Counted from the stretch's first letter, positions 46,965-57,402 are shown. The stretch is DNA of 64,000 bases from Deltaproteobacteria bacterium (GCA_019306065.1 JAFDMF010000006.1:23519-87518), one strand, 5' to 3'. The notes: generated from the letters alone by a model not told the origin. Made by a program: numbers and translations.

Positions 46965-46992
46965 GCGTTATCTTTCTATCTCTCTTACTTTG

Positions 46993-48393
46993 TTACTTTT
47001 TTAAAACATCCGAATCAATATCCCCTATAGATTTTAACAGCAAAGCCTGCGCAATAATACGGTTATATTCCGATATTAAAACCTCTTTTTCCGCATCTGC
47101 ATAAGATGATATTGCTTTTAATAAATCCAATATATTATTTTGCCCCGCTTTATACATTCCCAAAGTTAAATTTTTGTTTTCAAAAGCGCTTGTAAGCATT
47201 ATTTGGGATACTTCAAGATTCTTTTTCGCTGTTTTTAAATTATTATAAGCCGTCCATACTTCGTAAGCGGCATTGTTTGCGATTTTTTCCTTTTCCATTT
47301 CAATCGATTTTTCGGCATATTCCGCCTTTTTATGACTATAAGTATTATAAAATCCGGTAAAAAGCGGAAAAGAGGCTTTTATTCCTATGTTATTATTTCT
47401 TATATTTTCGCCTTGGCCATTGCTATTTTTTATATCAGCGCCTCCGTAAAGAGATATTGAAGGTAATCGGTTATATTTTGCGCTTCTTTCCGCCGCTTCG
47501 TAAGATTTTTTTAAAGCTTTTACAGATTTAATATCCGCTCGGTTTTTAAACGCTTTTTCAATAAGCGCATCTATTTTTTCGTCTGCAATTAACAAACCGT
47601 TTATTATTTCCGGTTTTTCAATATTTATCTTGCTTCCTTGTTTTATATTTAGAAGCTTTAACAATTGCCCGAGATAATTTGCGCTTTCATTTTCGGCTTT
47701 TTGGCGTATTAAAGAACTTTTTGCATAATCGGTTTTTGCCTGTAATAAATCGGCTTTGCGGGCAATTCCGAGTTTGTATTTTTCCTCGGCAATTTCATAA
47801 GCGGTTTTATACGCCTCCTCGGAACGAAGCGCGGCTTCAATCTCTTTTTTTGAAGAAAACAGATTACAATAAGCCTCTATTGTCGAATAAATAAGATTTT
47901 GTATTACTTCATTATGTTGGTAAACGGAATATAATAATAAAAAGTATGCCTTATCATTATTTGCTTTCCGTTTTCCAAAATCAAAAAGAAGCCATTCAAA
48001 AGAGATTTCCGCGCCGGTATTTTTATTTTCAATACCGGACGGCTCCGTTTTGCTTTGATTATGATACCCGCTTATGCTTGCCGAAGGCAGATAATCGGAT
48101 TTTGCAATTCCGTAATCCGCAGCCTGCTTTTTTATTTCAAAAAAGAATGCCTTTGTTTCCGGATTTCGGCAAAGCGCAAGATTAACTGCGGAAAATATAT
48201 TAAGGCTTTTAACCGCGCCGAAAAAATCCAAAGATTCGCATTCCTTATCATAAAAGTTTTTATTATATAAAGGAATATTCTTTTCGGAATTAAGCGGGTC
48301 TTCAAAACCCCAAGCGGATTTAAGACAAGTAAAAAATATTAAAATTGATATGTTAAAAATATATATTATACGGCTGTTTTTTGTTTTTTTCAT
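46993..48393 (-). CDS. TolC-family outer membrane efflux protein
   Basis: Two OEP repeats: ALCRNP, YLPS, LLFDFG, PLFTGF, YKAG..LDLL. Confidence 0.9.
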   Translation of the reverse strand: MKKTKNSRIIYIFNISILIFFTCLKSAWGFEDPLNSEKNIPLYNKNFYDKECESLDFFGAVKSLNIFSAVNLALCRNPETKAFFFEIKKQAADYGIAKSDYLPSASISGYHNQSKTEPSGIENKNTGAEISFEWLLFDFGKRKANNDKAYFLLLYSVYQHNEVIQNLIYSTIEAYCNLFSSKKEIEAALRSEEAYKTAYEIAEEKYKLGIARKADLLQAKTDYAKSSLIRQKAENESANYLGQLLKLLNIKQGSKINIEKPEIINGLLIADEKIDALIEKAFKNRADIKSVKALKKSYEAAERSAKYNRLPSISLYGGADIKNSNGQGENIRNNNIGIKASFPLFTGFYNTYSHKKAEYAEKSIEMEKEKIANNAAYEVWTAYNNLKTAKKNLEVSQIMLTSAFENKNLTLGMYKAGQNNILDLLKAISSYADAEKEVLISEYNRIIAQALLLKSIGDIDSDVLKK

Positions 48394-48619
48394 AAGTTTT
48401 TATAAAATTTCCCTCTACTGCGCTTCTCGAAATTATGCGTAAAAAATGCTACTTTTATACCCGCCGCGTAAAATCTTTGCAAGCTAATTTCAGCTCCAAA
48501 ACGAATTACAATCTGTCCGATTAACCGGATAGAATCTTTTTTTATTGCAATACCTTCGTTTCTTGTTATTTACTTTTATAAGGCAACATTAGCATTTAAC
48601 GGTCAATAGGAAGGATGCT

Positions 48620-49357
48620 ATGATAAAAAATGAAGTTATTGAATTTGCAAAGGCAATCGTCCAACCAAAATGGCAAAATCTGCCGAACATATTGGCATTC
48701 ACAACCCTTGCTCAGTTAAACGGAAAAAAATTATCCTTTTCCGGCAATTCAAAAGATTCGATTGAAGCGCGTAAAAATATCCAAAAACTTCTTCAACCCT
48801 GCGCGCCTATAAAATGGCTTAAACAGGTTCACGGCAATCGTATTTTAAGACTGCCGGAAGAAAACAATATTGAAGAAGCAGACGGAGCGGTTACAAATAA
48901 AAAATATATTCCCTGCGTTATACTTACCGCAGACTGCCTGCCGGTAATATTTGCAACGGCAGACGGCAAAGCCGTAGGAGCGGCTCATGCAGGCTGGCGC
49001 GGATTGGTTTCCGGCGTAATTCCAAATACTGTTCGCGCCTTCAATGACAATCCGTCCGCAATATATGTTTGGTTAGGTCCCGCAATAGGATATTTGAGCT
49101 TTGAAGTGGGTTATGAAGTTTATGATCGATTTATCAAATCGGATACGAATAACAAAAAAGCTTTTAAATCCGGCAGACAAGACAAATATTACGCAAACCT
49201 ATACGAATTAGCGCATATGCAGCTTATTAAAGCCGGAGTTAATAAAAACAACATCACTTCTAACGAATACGACACATTTACAAATCCCCTCTTTCATTCC
49301 GCAAGAAGAAACGGAGCGGCAAGCGGCAGAATGGCTACTATTGTAATGATAACATAA
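48620..49357 (+). CDS. pgeF: Peptidoglycan editing factor / purine nucleoside phosphorylase
   Basis: QVHG, TADCLPV, AHAGWRGL, LGPAIG, SARR...GRM. Confidence 0.92.
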   Translation: MIKNEVIEFAKAIVQPKWQNLPNILAFTTLAQLNGKKLSFSGNSKDSIEARKNIQKLLQPCAPIKWLKQVHGNRILRLPEENNIEEADGAVTNKKYIPCVILTADCLPVIFATADGKAVGAAHAGWRGLVSGVIPNTVRAFNDNPSAIYVWLGPAIGYLSFEVGYEVYDRFIKSDTNNKKAFKSGRQDKYYANLYELAHMQLIKAGVNKNNITSNEYDTFTNPLFHSARRNGAASGRMATIVMIT

Positions 49358-49377
49358 CTATCCGCCCATAATTGTAA

Positions 49378-49515
49378 TTAATACATAAAAAGAATGATTA
49401 TAAAGATAATAAACAGAGGAAACGCCCTTAACTAAAATTAAACGCAAAAAATAATAACAAAATTTTGTTGGATAACGCCGCAAACGGGCAAAATAGGAAG
49501 TTAGCCAACAAAATT
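49378..49515. repeat. Family C duplication plus mini family D (49461-49515)
   Basis: aattttgttggataac / gttagccaacaaaatt (15/16) enclosing only the D right arm; ends in the maf stop codon. Confidence 0.8.
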
Positions 49516-50104
49516 ATCCGGGAACGGCAATTTTTTCTTTTATTAAAATCTCCATTATTTCGCATACGGGTAATCCCAAAACATTAGTATAAGATCCGTT
49601 TATACTTTTTATAAATAACGAACTGGGACCTAAAAGCGAGTAACCGCCGGATTTATCATAAGGTTTGCCGTTATCAAGATAATGGATAATCTCCTTTTCC
49701 GAAATATCTTTGGAGCAAACATAAGTTTTTTCGCATCCTTTAAAACTTTTCTTTTCCGCATAAGAGTTTATGTAATAGCCGGTATAAACGGTATGCATAT
49801 TGCCGCTTAATTTTTTTATCATATCAAAAGCGTCTTGTCTTGATTTCGGCTTGCCAAGTATCTCTTTATCCGCAATTACTATAGTATCTGCCGCTATTAT
49901 CCAAGAATTTGGGTATTTGCTCGCCACTGTTTCGGCTTTTGCGGCGGCAAGCGCTATAGTATAATCTTCCGGTTCGGATACGGGAATTTTTTTTTCGTCA
50001 AACTCGCTCGGTATTACGATAAAATTAAGCCCTACATCTTTTAATAAAACTTTTCTTCTTTTTGATTCTGACGCCAATATTATCTGTTTTTCATTTATAT
50101 ACAT
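49514..50104 (-). CDS. maf: Maf-family NTP pyrophosphatase
   Basis: ILASES.RR, AADTIV, LGKP, DKSGGY, NVLGLP. Confidence 0.93.
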   Translation of the reverse strand: MYINEKQIILASESKRRKVLLKDVGLNFIVIPSEFDEKKIPVSEPEDYTIALAAAKAETVASKYPNSWIIAADTIVIADKEILGKPKSRQDAFDMIKKLSGNMHTVYTGYYINSYAEKKSFKGCEKTYVCSKDISEKEIIHYLDNGKPYDKSGGYSLLGPSSLFIKSINGSYTNVLGLPVCEIMEILIKEKIAVPG

Positions 50105-50138
50105 ACTCGTTTTATATTTCTCTCTTTAATCGAAATGA

Positions 50139-50264
50139 TAGAGAAAACCTCCGTTATTAAGAATACTTAATCACAAAAAATAATAATTATAACCCTATTG
50201 AAAAAGTGGAAAAATCTGTAAAGACGTTGCATGCAACGTCTTTACTTTGTTATAAATCGAAATT
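50139..50264. repeat. Mosaic of C, A REP variant (50218-50245) and lone D terminus (50243-50264)
   Basis: gtaaagacgttgcatgcaacgtctttac; tactttgttataaatcgaaatt is the exact reverse complement of 34062-34083. Confidence 0.85.
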
Positions 50265-51990
50265 AAATAGATACCCGTTTAACCTGCTTAATATCGCAGT
50301 ACCCTTTAAAAATCTTAATTATTCCGTCCTGCCTTAAACTTGTCATTCTATCTTCTTTAGCCGCTTTTCTTATATCTTCAGCGCCAGCCTCTTTTTTTAT
50401 CAATCTTTTAATCTTATCTGTTCCTACAAGTAATTCATGAATAGCTATTCGTCCTTTATAACCGGTTTGCGCGCAATCGCCGCATCCTACGGGCTTATAC
50501 AAAAAAAAATTTTCCGAATAAGGTATATCTACAAAATTATCAAAATCCTCTTCTCCGAATTCTTTTACTATATTTATATATTCCTTTTCTTTCGGATGAT
50601 ATTTTTCTTTGCAGGCTGCACACAATGTAGGCGCAAGTCTTTGGGCAAGAATAATTAATATGGAATCTGCAAAATTAAACGACTCTATACCCATCTCCAA
50701 AAGTCTTGCGATACTTTCGGAAGCGTTATTGGTATGAAGGGTCGATAATATCAGATGCCCGGTTAAAGCGGCTTCGATTCCTATTTTTGCGGTCTCTTTA
50801 TCCCGCATCTCTCCTACCATAATAACATCCGGATCTGCCCTTAAAAAAGAGCGCATTGCAGCCGCAAATGTAAAGCCTATTTTTGGATTCACTTGCACCT
50901 GTCTTAACCCTTTTTTGGTTATTTCAACAGGATCTTCAGCAGTCCATATTTTTTTGTCCGGCTTATTTATTTTGCAAAGAGCCGAATGCAAAGTTGTTGT
51001 TTTGCCGGATCCTGTAGGCCCGCATACAAGAATAATTCCGTTCGGCTTATTAATCGCTTGGGTAAACTTTTTATAATTTCTTTCCGAAAACATCATATCT
51101 TCAAGGGGTATAATATCTCCCGAAGGCAGAATACGAAGCACAACATCTTCCAAACCGCCCTGAGTAGGAATTGTTACGACTCTTAACTCAATATTTTTTC
51201 CTTGATTAGTTTTAAATTTTATCTTTCCGTCCTGAGGTTTTCTTCTTTCGGCTATATCAAGCCCTGCCATTATTTTTATTCTTGATATAAGAGGATTTCT
51301 GTAATTACTGTTTATAGTTTTGTGTAATCGGCAGCTTCCGTCGGTTCTTATTCTTATTTCGGTTTTCTCTTTTTCAGGATAAGGTTCTATATGAATATCG
51401 GAAGCTTGCAAGTTGTAAGCTTCGGTTATAATCTCGTCCGCAAGCTTTACCGCCTCGCTTTCCTCTTTATCAGATACAACCGATATATTCTTTATATCTT
51501 TACCTGTATCTTTTTCCAATATATCTATTAAGGTTAATATATCTTTTTTTAAAGCCGTATAAAATTCTATATCATACTCGTAACATATTGCCTCTATAGA
51601 GTTAATCAGCTGATAATTTTTAGGATTATTAATGGCTATCTTTATATTTTTTTCTGCCTGTTCAAAAGGAACCCATAAATTATTTTTCATAAATTCGGTT
51701 TTTGTTTTCAAAAATAGTTTTGCGGGGGGTTTTATATTTTTTTCGTAACTAAAAAACGGAGTTTTAAAATAATCGCTTAAAGAGCAAAGAATCTGCTTTG
51801 CCGGAATTTTAAAGTCGTTTATAAGTATGGTTTCAATATCCTTATTATATTTTTTAGAATCGGCAAAAGCTTCTTTAAGCTGATTTTGAGTTAATAAGAG
51901 GTTGTTAATAAGATATTTAAATCTATTTATGCAGTCTATATCAAAAAAAATATCCTGTTCGGAAATATTGCTATTATCTTCTATGTTCAT
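50263..51990 (-). CDS. GspE/PilB-family secretion/pilus assembly ATPase
   Basis: ASDIHIEP, PQDG, GPTGSGKTT, AEDPVE, LRADPD..MVGEMRD, TGHL, CxxC...CxxC. Confidence 0.93.
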   Translation of the reverse strand: MNIEDNSNISEQDIFFDIDCINRFKYLINNLLLTQNQLKEAFADSKKYNKDIETILINDFKIPAKQILCSLSDYFKTPFFSYEKNIKPPAKLFLKTKTEFMKNNLWVPFEQAEKNIKIAINNPKNYQLINSIEAICYEYDIEFYTALKKDILTLIDILEKDTGKDIKNISVVSDKEESEAVKLADEIITEAYNLQASDIHIEPYPEKEKTEIRIRTDGSCRLHKTINSNYRNPLISRIKIMAGLDIAERRKPQDGKIKFKTNQGKNIELRVVTIPTQGGLEDVVLRILPSGDIIPLEDMMFSERNYKKFTQAINKPNGIILVCGPTGSGKTTTLHSALCKINKPDKKIWTAEDPVEITKKGLRQVQVNPKIGFTFAAAMRSFLRADPDVIMVGEMRDKETAKIGIEAALTGHLILSTLHTNNASESIARLLEMGIESFNFADSILIILAQRLAPTLCAACKEKYHPKEKEYINIVKEFGEEDFDNFVDIPYSENFFLYKPVGCGDCAQTGYKGRIAIHELLVGTDKIKRLIKKEAGAEDIRKAAKEDRMTSLRQDGIIKIFKGYCDIKQVKRVSI

Positions 51991-52063
51991 TATCTTAAAT
52001 TTTTACGGCAAAGTAAAAAAGAATATAACAACTTATCTTTTCACTTTGCCATTTTATAAGTTA

Positions 52064-52717
52064 TTAACGAATAATATCATAATTGACAGATTTACACCCT
52101 TGAAGCTTTTGGATATGAAGCCCTAATATTCTACTTTGATAATTGGATATGAGCATTTTCAGCCCTCTTATTGATTCTCTGAATTTTTTATCCTGCAGAT
52201 TACCGATTAGCGCTCCGACATCATTAGCTCGCCCTTCGCATACGATATGAGGAGCGTCTCCTATAAGAACTTCCCATTCTGCGGCCACAGTAATTCCCGA
52301 TTCTTCTAAGCAGGGATAGAATTTTTCTTCTACATAATGATTATAAGCGGCTTTTTCGGAGTTAATATTCCATGTCTGATTAAATTTGATAGAATTTTCT
52401 TGAAAAGTGGTAGTATAAGAATCTCTTTTTCCGGAAAGGACCAAAATTTTTGTGTTATAATCGGTTACATAATTAAGAAGATTTTCTTTTAGCTTCATAA
52501 ATTCTTTACTCAGTAAAGAATGCTCCAAAAGTTCCAAATCATTTGCCACAGTTTCTAATATTATATCGCTGTAAGAACCTATCAGCACAGACCATCCGCA
52601 TACTACATGAACATCAAGCTTATTGATGCCGGGTATAAAAGAATTTAACATAAATTTACAATACTCTTCAAACTTATAAGGTCTAATTCTCCAATAATGG
52701 TTTAATTTGGTAGGCAT
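52064..52717 (-). CDS. Hypothetical protein with two tandem NIPSNAP-like alpha/beta repeats
   Basis: Internal duplication: KLNHYWRI...FIPGI...WSVLIG vs KFNQTWNI...FYPCL...WEVLIG; AAGGAG RBS. Confidence 0.6.
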   Translation of the reverse strand: MPTKLNHYWRIRPYKFEEYCKFMLNSFIPGINKLDVHVVCGWSVLIGSYSDIILETVANDLELLEHSLLSKEFMKLKENLLNYVTDYNTKILVLSGKRDSYTTTFQENSIKFNQTWNINSEKAAYNHYVEEKFYPCLEESGITVAAEWEVLIGDAPHIVCEGRANDVGALIGNLQDKKFRESIRGLKMLISNYQSRILGLHIQKLQGCKSVNYDIIR

Positions 52718-52821
52718 AGCTATTCTCCTTTACAAATATATTGTTAAAATTATTTTTTTATATTGCCAATAAGTTGAGATTTGAGAATATTTTATATTAT
52801 AATATTTTTTTATAAACCGGT

Positions 52822-52944
52822 TTAAAGCCGGTTTTCTTCTTTTAAACATTGAACCGCTATTTTTAAGCCTTTACGCTTTATACAAACCTCAAGATTATCT
52901 ATATGGATCAGTCGAAATATTAGAGTCGGTTTGGGTATAGTCAT
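52822..52944 (-). pseudogene. DarT (DUF4433) toxin N-terminal fragment
   Basis: MTIPKPTLIFRLIHIDNLEVCIKRKGL fits the DarT N-terminal pattern, then unrelated sequence and stop; no darG. Confidence 0.65.
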
Positions 52945-53150
52945 AATAATAAAAAGCATTTGTGAAATATATATTTTATCCTATATTGTTTTAAAACAAT
53001 TTTATATCTTTATTACAAAATATTTTACGATTTTACAACTTTTACTTTATATCTTATTTTCCTCTGTTTATAATTAAAAAAAATTCCTTGATTATTTCCT
53101 TTACCTTTTTATAATCACCTTTTTGCGTCTAAAAATTTTATTATATTGAT

Positions 53151-53289
53151 ATTTGTTATCCAACAAATCATTTTGTTATTTTTACGGCGCTCGAAAATTC
53201 TAACCGCAGACTTATTAAAAATAAGTCGAAAATTAAAATTTGAGCATAACGCCAAAAATATGCAAAATACTTTGTTAAGAAACCAAATT
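53151..53289 (+). repeat. Family D element, divergent
   Basis: ggcgctcgaaaattctaaccgcagacttat-taaaa-ataagtcgaaaattaaaatttgagcataacgcc. Confidence 0.75.
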
Positions 53290-53306
53290 TTAAAAAGGCA
53301 TTTATA

Positions 53307-54479
53307 ATGAATAGAGTCAAAACAGGTTTGGATAACCTGATTTCAAGCCCTCTGGAAATCTTAAAAAATAAAAAAATAGGCTATCTTTGTAATCAGGCAT
53401 CCGTAAATTCAAAACTTATACACGGAGCGGTATGTTTGAATAATCTTTTTCAAGGGCAGGTAAAGGCGCTTTTTTCTCCTCAGCACGGACTTTTCGGCGA
53501 AAAACAGGATAACATGAAAGAATCCGAAGACATAATCGATCCGTTCTTAAAAATTCCGGTATTCAGCCTTTACAAAAACAGAAGAGAACCTTCCGAAAAA
53601 GAGATGAATCTTATAGATACCCTTATTGTAGATCTGCAAGATGTCGGAACCCGCGTATATACCTTTATTTATACCCTATCATATTGTATGGAAGCGGCAA
53701 AAAAATATAATAAACAAATAATCGTTTTAGACAGGCCAAACCCGTTAGGAGGGATTAGAATAGAAGGCGGACTGCTTGAAGATAACTATCGCTCCTTTGT
53801 AGGCAGATTTCCAATACCAATGCAGCACGGACTTACAATAGGAGAAACCGCCCTTTTATTTAATAAACATTTCGGAATAGGCGCAAATCCGATAGTTATT
53901 CCGCTAACAAACTGGAAAAGAGATATGTTTTTTAAAGACACAGAATTGGTATGGATACCTCCGTCTCCGAATCTTCCTACTCCTGATTCGGCTCTTGTGT
54001 ATCCGGGGCAGGTTATATGGGAAGGAACAAACATATCCGAAGGAAGAGGAACAACTCAGCCGTTTGAAATATTCGGAGCGCCCTTTATAGATATAAAAAA
54101 AATTTTAAGCGCTTATGATGCAAGTAATATTGCGGGCTCTGCTATAAGACCGGTTTTTTTTCAGCCCGTATATAACAAATGGAAAGACTGCGTATGCAGG
54201 GGATTTCAGATACATATCACAGATCCGAAACTTTATAATCCTTATATTGCCTCTTTAAAATTCTTACGGCTTTTTTTAATCCGGTTCGGCGAATATTTTT
54301 GCTGGAAAAATCCGCCTTACGAATATGAATTAAAAAAAAAGCCTATAGATTTAATATTAGGCTCAAAACAGATGCGCAAGCGCATAGAAAATCTTGAGCC
54401 TATATCCGAAATAGCAAGGTCTTGGGAACAAGAGATAAAAACATATAAAAAACTTATCTCCGATTTTCTTCTTTATTAA
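53307..54479 (+). CDS. namZ: Exo-beta-N-acetylmuramidase (DUF1343)
   Basis: FSPQHG, DLQDVGTRVYTF, DRPNPLGG, HGLTIGE, PSPNLP, SEGRGT. Confidence 0.9.
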   Translation: MNRVKTGLDNLISSPLEILKNKKIGYLCNQASVNSKLIHGAVCLNNLFQGQVKALFSPQHGLFGEKQDNMKESEDIIDPFLKIPVFSLYKNRREPSEKEMNLIDTLIVDLQDVGTRVYTFIYTLSYCMEAAKKYNKQIIVLDRPNPLGGIRIEGGLLEDNYRSFVGRFPIPMQHGLTIGETALLFNKHFGIGANPIVIPLTNWKRDMFFKDTELVWIPPSPNLPTPDSALVYPGQVIWEGTNISEGRGTTQPFEIFGAPFIDIKKILSAYDASNIAGSAIRPVFFQPVYNKWKDCVCRGFQIHITDPKLYNPYIASLKFLRLFLIRFGEYFCWKNPPYEYELKKKPIDLILGSKQMRKRIENLEPISEIARSWEQEIKTYKKLISDFLLY

Positions 54480-54503
54480 GCGCAGATATTATTTAAAACC
54501 GTT

Positions 54504-54785
54504 TTAACCTTTATTCTCTTTTAAAACGGCAACCTCTTCTTTAAGTTTTGTTATCTCATCTTCGCAGTCTTTAATCTTGTCTCCCGAATCCTCATCCAAA
54601 GCGCATCCTTTTTGTTCGGGCGCGCTTTTAAACTCGTCATAACCGATATACAAGGCAAAAACGCCTCCTAATATAAGCATAATCGGAATAATTCCGGCTA
54701 TTATATTTAAAAACGGTTTAAACCATATAATAAGCCCTATTATACCCAAAAACGCAGCTATGCCGCCGTAAATCAAAGTTTTCAT
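54504..54785 (-). CDS. Small two-TM hypothetical protein with coiled-coil tail
   Basis: AAGGAG RBS, two hydrophobic helices. Confidence 0.7.
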   Translation of the reverse strand: MKTLIYGGIAAFLGIIGLIIWFKPFLNIIAGIIPIMLILGGVFALYIGYDEFKSAPEQKGCALDEDSGDKIKDCEDEITKLKEEVAVLKENKG

Positions 54786-54812
54786 AAAGTCTCCTTTTAC
54801 ATATTTTTAATT

Positions 54813-55247
54813 TTACCCGTTATCGGTATTTGCATCCGGCAGACGTGGAATCTTCATAAATTTAATACCCTCTTCGGCAAGAACCTTCTCCTCTTCTTTA
54901 GTGCTTACCCCTCTTATATTTTTAGGCTCCTTTAAACCGTAATGTATATTAAGAGCCTCTTTTGTAAAGTCAGTTCCTACATCTTCGAAATTCTTATCCA
55001 AATATTCATTTAAAACCTTTGTAGTATTTTGAATCTTTGCATTAAGTTTCGATAAAGAAACCGAATTTTTACCTGACAACCCGGATTTTTTTATTCCGAA
55101 AGTAGAAAGCAGTTTATAAACAACAGAATTATTACATACGGGGCAGGATAATAATCCATCCTTCTGCTGTTTATCAAAGGCTTCGCCGTCTTCAAACCAG
55201 CCCTCAAAAGAGTGCCCGTTTTCACATTCCAAATCAAAAGATATCAT
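54813..55247 (-). CDS. DUF1178 family protein
   Basis: FDLECENGHSFEGWF, CPVC, EDVG..F.KEA..IHYG, NIRG. Confidence 0.88.
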   Translation of the reverse strand: MISFDLECENGHSFEGWFEDGEAFDKQQKDGLLSCPVCNNSVVYKLLSTFGIKKSGLSGKNSVSLSKLNAKIQNTTKVLNEYLDKNFEDVGTDFTKEALNIHYGLKEPKNIRGVSTKEEEKVLAEEGIKFMKIPRLPDANTDNG

Positions 55248-55394
55248 TTTTAAATTAAAACCTTAAAGAAAATATTGACATATTATAATTTTTAAAACAA
55301 AAACCATCAATCGTTAATTTCGGATCAAATTATTATGCAAAACGGCAATAAGTCAAGAGAAGATTAATTTTTATATAATATAAGAGTAAAAAAA

Positions 55395-55625
55395 AATACA
55401 GAGATACAAAGTAACAAAGTGGCAAGAGGACAAAGAAATCGGTTTTTAATCTTTTAATTGCAAGATATAAAGAACAGTAGAGACGTTGCATGCAACGTCT
55501 CTACATAATTAATCGGAGTATTCGGAAGTTATAACAATTACAAAAATAATAAAAAAACAAACATCAACTTTGTATCTTAATTATAAACAAAAAAAAGTCC
55601 CTTTATTAAAATTTAAACAGAGAAG
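55395..55625. repeat. Mosaic of octamers, perfect A REP (55477-55504) and C
   Basis: tacagaga/tacaaagt/aacaaagt/ggcaagag; gtagagacgttgcatgcaacgtctctac; aactttgtatcttaattataaac. Confidence 0.85.
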
Positions 55626-55633
55626 GAAAACTA

Positions 55634-57274
55634 ATGGAATACAAAGCCGATTTTTTGGTTATAGGCACAGGGATAGCAGGACTTTCATTTGCTTTAAAAA
55701 CCGCAAAATACGGTAAAGTCGCTATAGTTACCAAAAAAAATATTATGGAAAGCAATACCAGCTTGGCTCAGGGCGGAATAGCTACCGTATGCAAAAGCAG
55801 CGGCGATTCCTTTGAGCTTCACATACAAGACACCCTTGCTTCCGGAGACGGCTTATGCAACCCTAAAACCGTTGAAATAGTGGTAAACGGAGGTCCCAAA
55901 CATATACGCGAGTTAATTGAACTCGGAGTAAAATTCAGCCGTAAAGATGACATAAATCCTTTAGACAACAATGAAGTCTTCGATCTGGGACGAGAAGGCG
56001 GACATTCCAGAAAAAGAATCTTTCACAGCCATGACATGACAGGGATGGAAATAGAAAAAGTTCTTACAGACCATGTGAAAAATCATAAAAACATCCGCAT
56101 ATACGAAAACCATATAGCCGTAGATCTTATAACATATTCCACACGTCTTAAAAGAGGAAGCATCATAACCACCCATGAAGATTATTGCTGCGGAGCCTAT
56201 GTTTTGGATATTAACCAAAAAAAAGTAAAAACATTTTCCGCGGGAATTACCCTTCTTGCCACAGGCGGCGCGGGAAAAGCATATCTATATACAAGCAACC
56301 CGGATATTGCCACAGGAGATGGAATTGCTATGGGCTACAGAGCGGGAGCAGCGGTTGCAAATTTGGAATTTGTTCAGTTTCATCCTACATGCCTTTATCA
56401 TCCGCAGGCAAAAAACTTTTTAATATCCGAAGCAGTCCGCGGAGAAGGAGGAGTACTTATTGACGACTCAGGCAAAAGATTTATGCCAAAATACGATAAG
56501 AACGCAGATCTTGCATGCAGAGACGTTGTTGCAAGAGCAATAGATAACGAATTAAAAACCAGCGGAAGCGATTCTGTTTATTTAGATATATCTCATAAAA
56601 AATCTTCATTCATAAAAAAACGCTTCCCGAATCTTGACAAAAAATGCCTTACCTTCGGCATAGACATGGCAAAAGAGCCGATACCCGTAGTGCCTGCCGC
56701 CCATTATATGTGCGGCGGAGTTTTAACAGACATACATGGAAGAACAAACATAAATCGGCTTTATGCAATAGGAGAAACCGCCTGCACAGGACTTCACGGA
56801 GCAAACAGACTTGCCAGCAACTCTTTGCTTGAAGCAGCCGTCTTTGCAGACAAAGCGGCAAAGCAGGCGACTTTGGAAATAAAGAACATAAACGCTTCAA
56901 TTCCAACCACTCCGAACTGGGATGAAACAGGAACTACGGACAGCGACGAAGTCATAATGGTTACGCACAACTGGGACGAAATAAGACGGTTTATGTGGAA
57001 CTATGTCGGCATAGTTCGCTCCGATAAAAGACTTGAGAGGGCTCAAAGAAGAATCGAAATAATACAAAAAGAGATAAAAGAGTATTATTGGGGTTTTAAA
57101 GTAACTTCAGACCTTATAGAATTAAGAAATATAGCGGTAACCGCAGAGTTAATCATAAAATGTGCGGCTTTTAGAAAAGAGAGCCGAGGGCTTCATTATA
57201 ATATAAAATATAAGCAAAGAGACGATAAATTTTGGCGCAAAGATACTGTATTGAGAAAACCTTATATAGGATAA
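55634..57274 (+). CDS. nadB: L-aspartate oxidase
   Basis: GTGIAGL, AQGGIA, REGGHS, QFHPT, SEAVRGEG, PAAHY, HGANRLASNSLLE. Confidence 0.96.
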   Translation: MEYKADFLVIGTGIAGLSFALKTAKYGKVAIVTKKNIMESNTSLAQGGIATVCKSSGDSFELHIQDTLASGDGLCNPKTVEIVVNGGPKHIRELIELGVKFSRKDDINPLDNNEVFDLGREGGHSRKRIFHSHDMTGMEIEKVLTDHVKNHKNIRIYENHIAVDLITYSTRLKRGSIITTHEDYCCGAYVLDINQKKVKTFSAGITLLATGGAGKAYLYTSNPDIATGDGIAMGYRAGAAVANLEFVQFHPTCLYHPQAKNFLISEAVRGEGGVLIDDSGKRFMPKYDKNADLACRDVVARAIDNELKTSGSDSVYLDISHKKSSFIKKRFPNLDKKCLTFGIDMAKEPIPVVPAAHYMCGGVLTDIHGRTNINRLYAIGETACTGLHGANRLASNSLLEAAVFADKAAKQATLEIKNINASIPTTPNWDETGTTDSDEVIMVTHNWDEIRRFMWNYVGIVRSDKRLERAQRRIEIIQKEIKEYYWGFKVTSDLIELRNIAVTAELIIKCAAFRKESRGLHYNIKYKQRDDKFWRKDTVLRKPYIG

Positions 57275-57402
57275 CAGCCGAGAATCCCCAAAACCGAAAC
57301 GGAAAAACTTATCATCTAAAAAGCATTGTTTACAAATAACCTCTTAACGCTTCAATTATGAGATTATAGAAAAGTAAATTGCAAAACTCTTCTATAATCC
57401 CC

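Noticed and set aside
48405-48480. Minus-strand FYAAGIKVAFFTHNFEKRS, faintly like a HigB/Gp49 toxin C-terminus
   Set aside because: Too short and weak to support.
56510-56537. ttgcatgcagagacgttg inside nadB resembling family A
   Set aside because: It encodes the conserved LA.RDVVAR motif with no insertion; the halves are in the wrong order.
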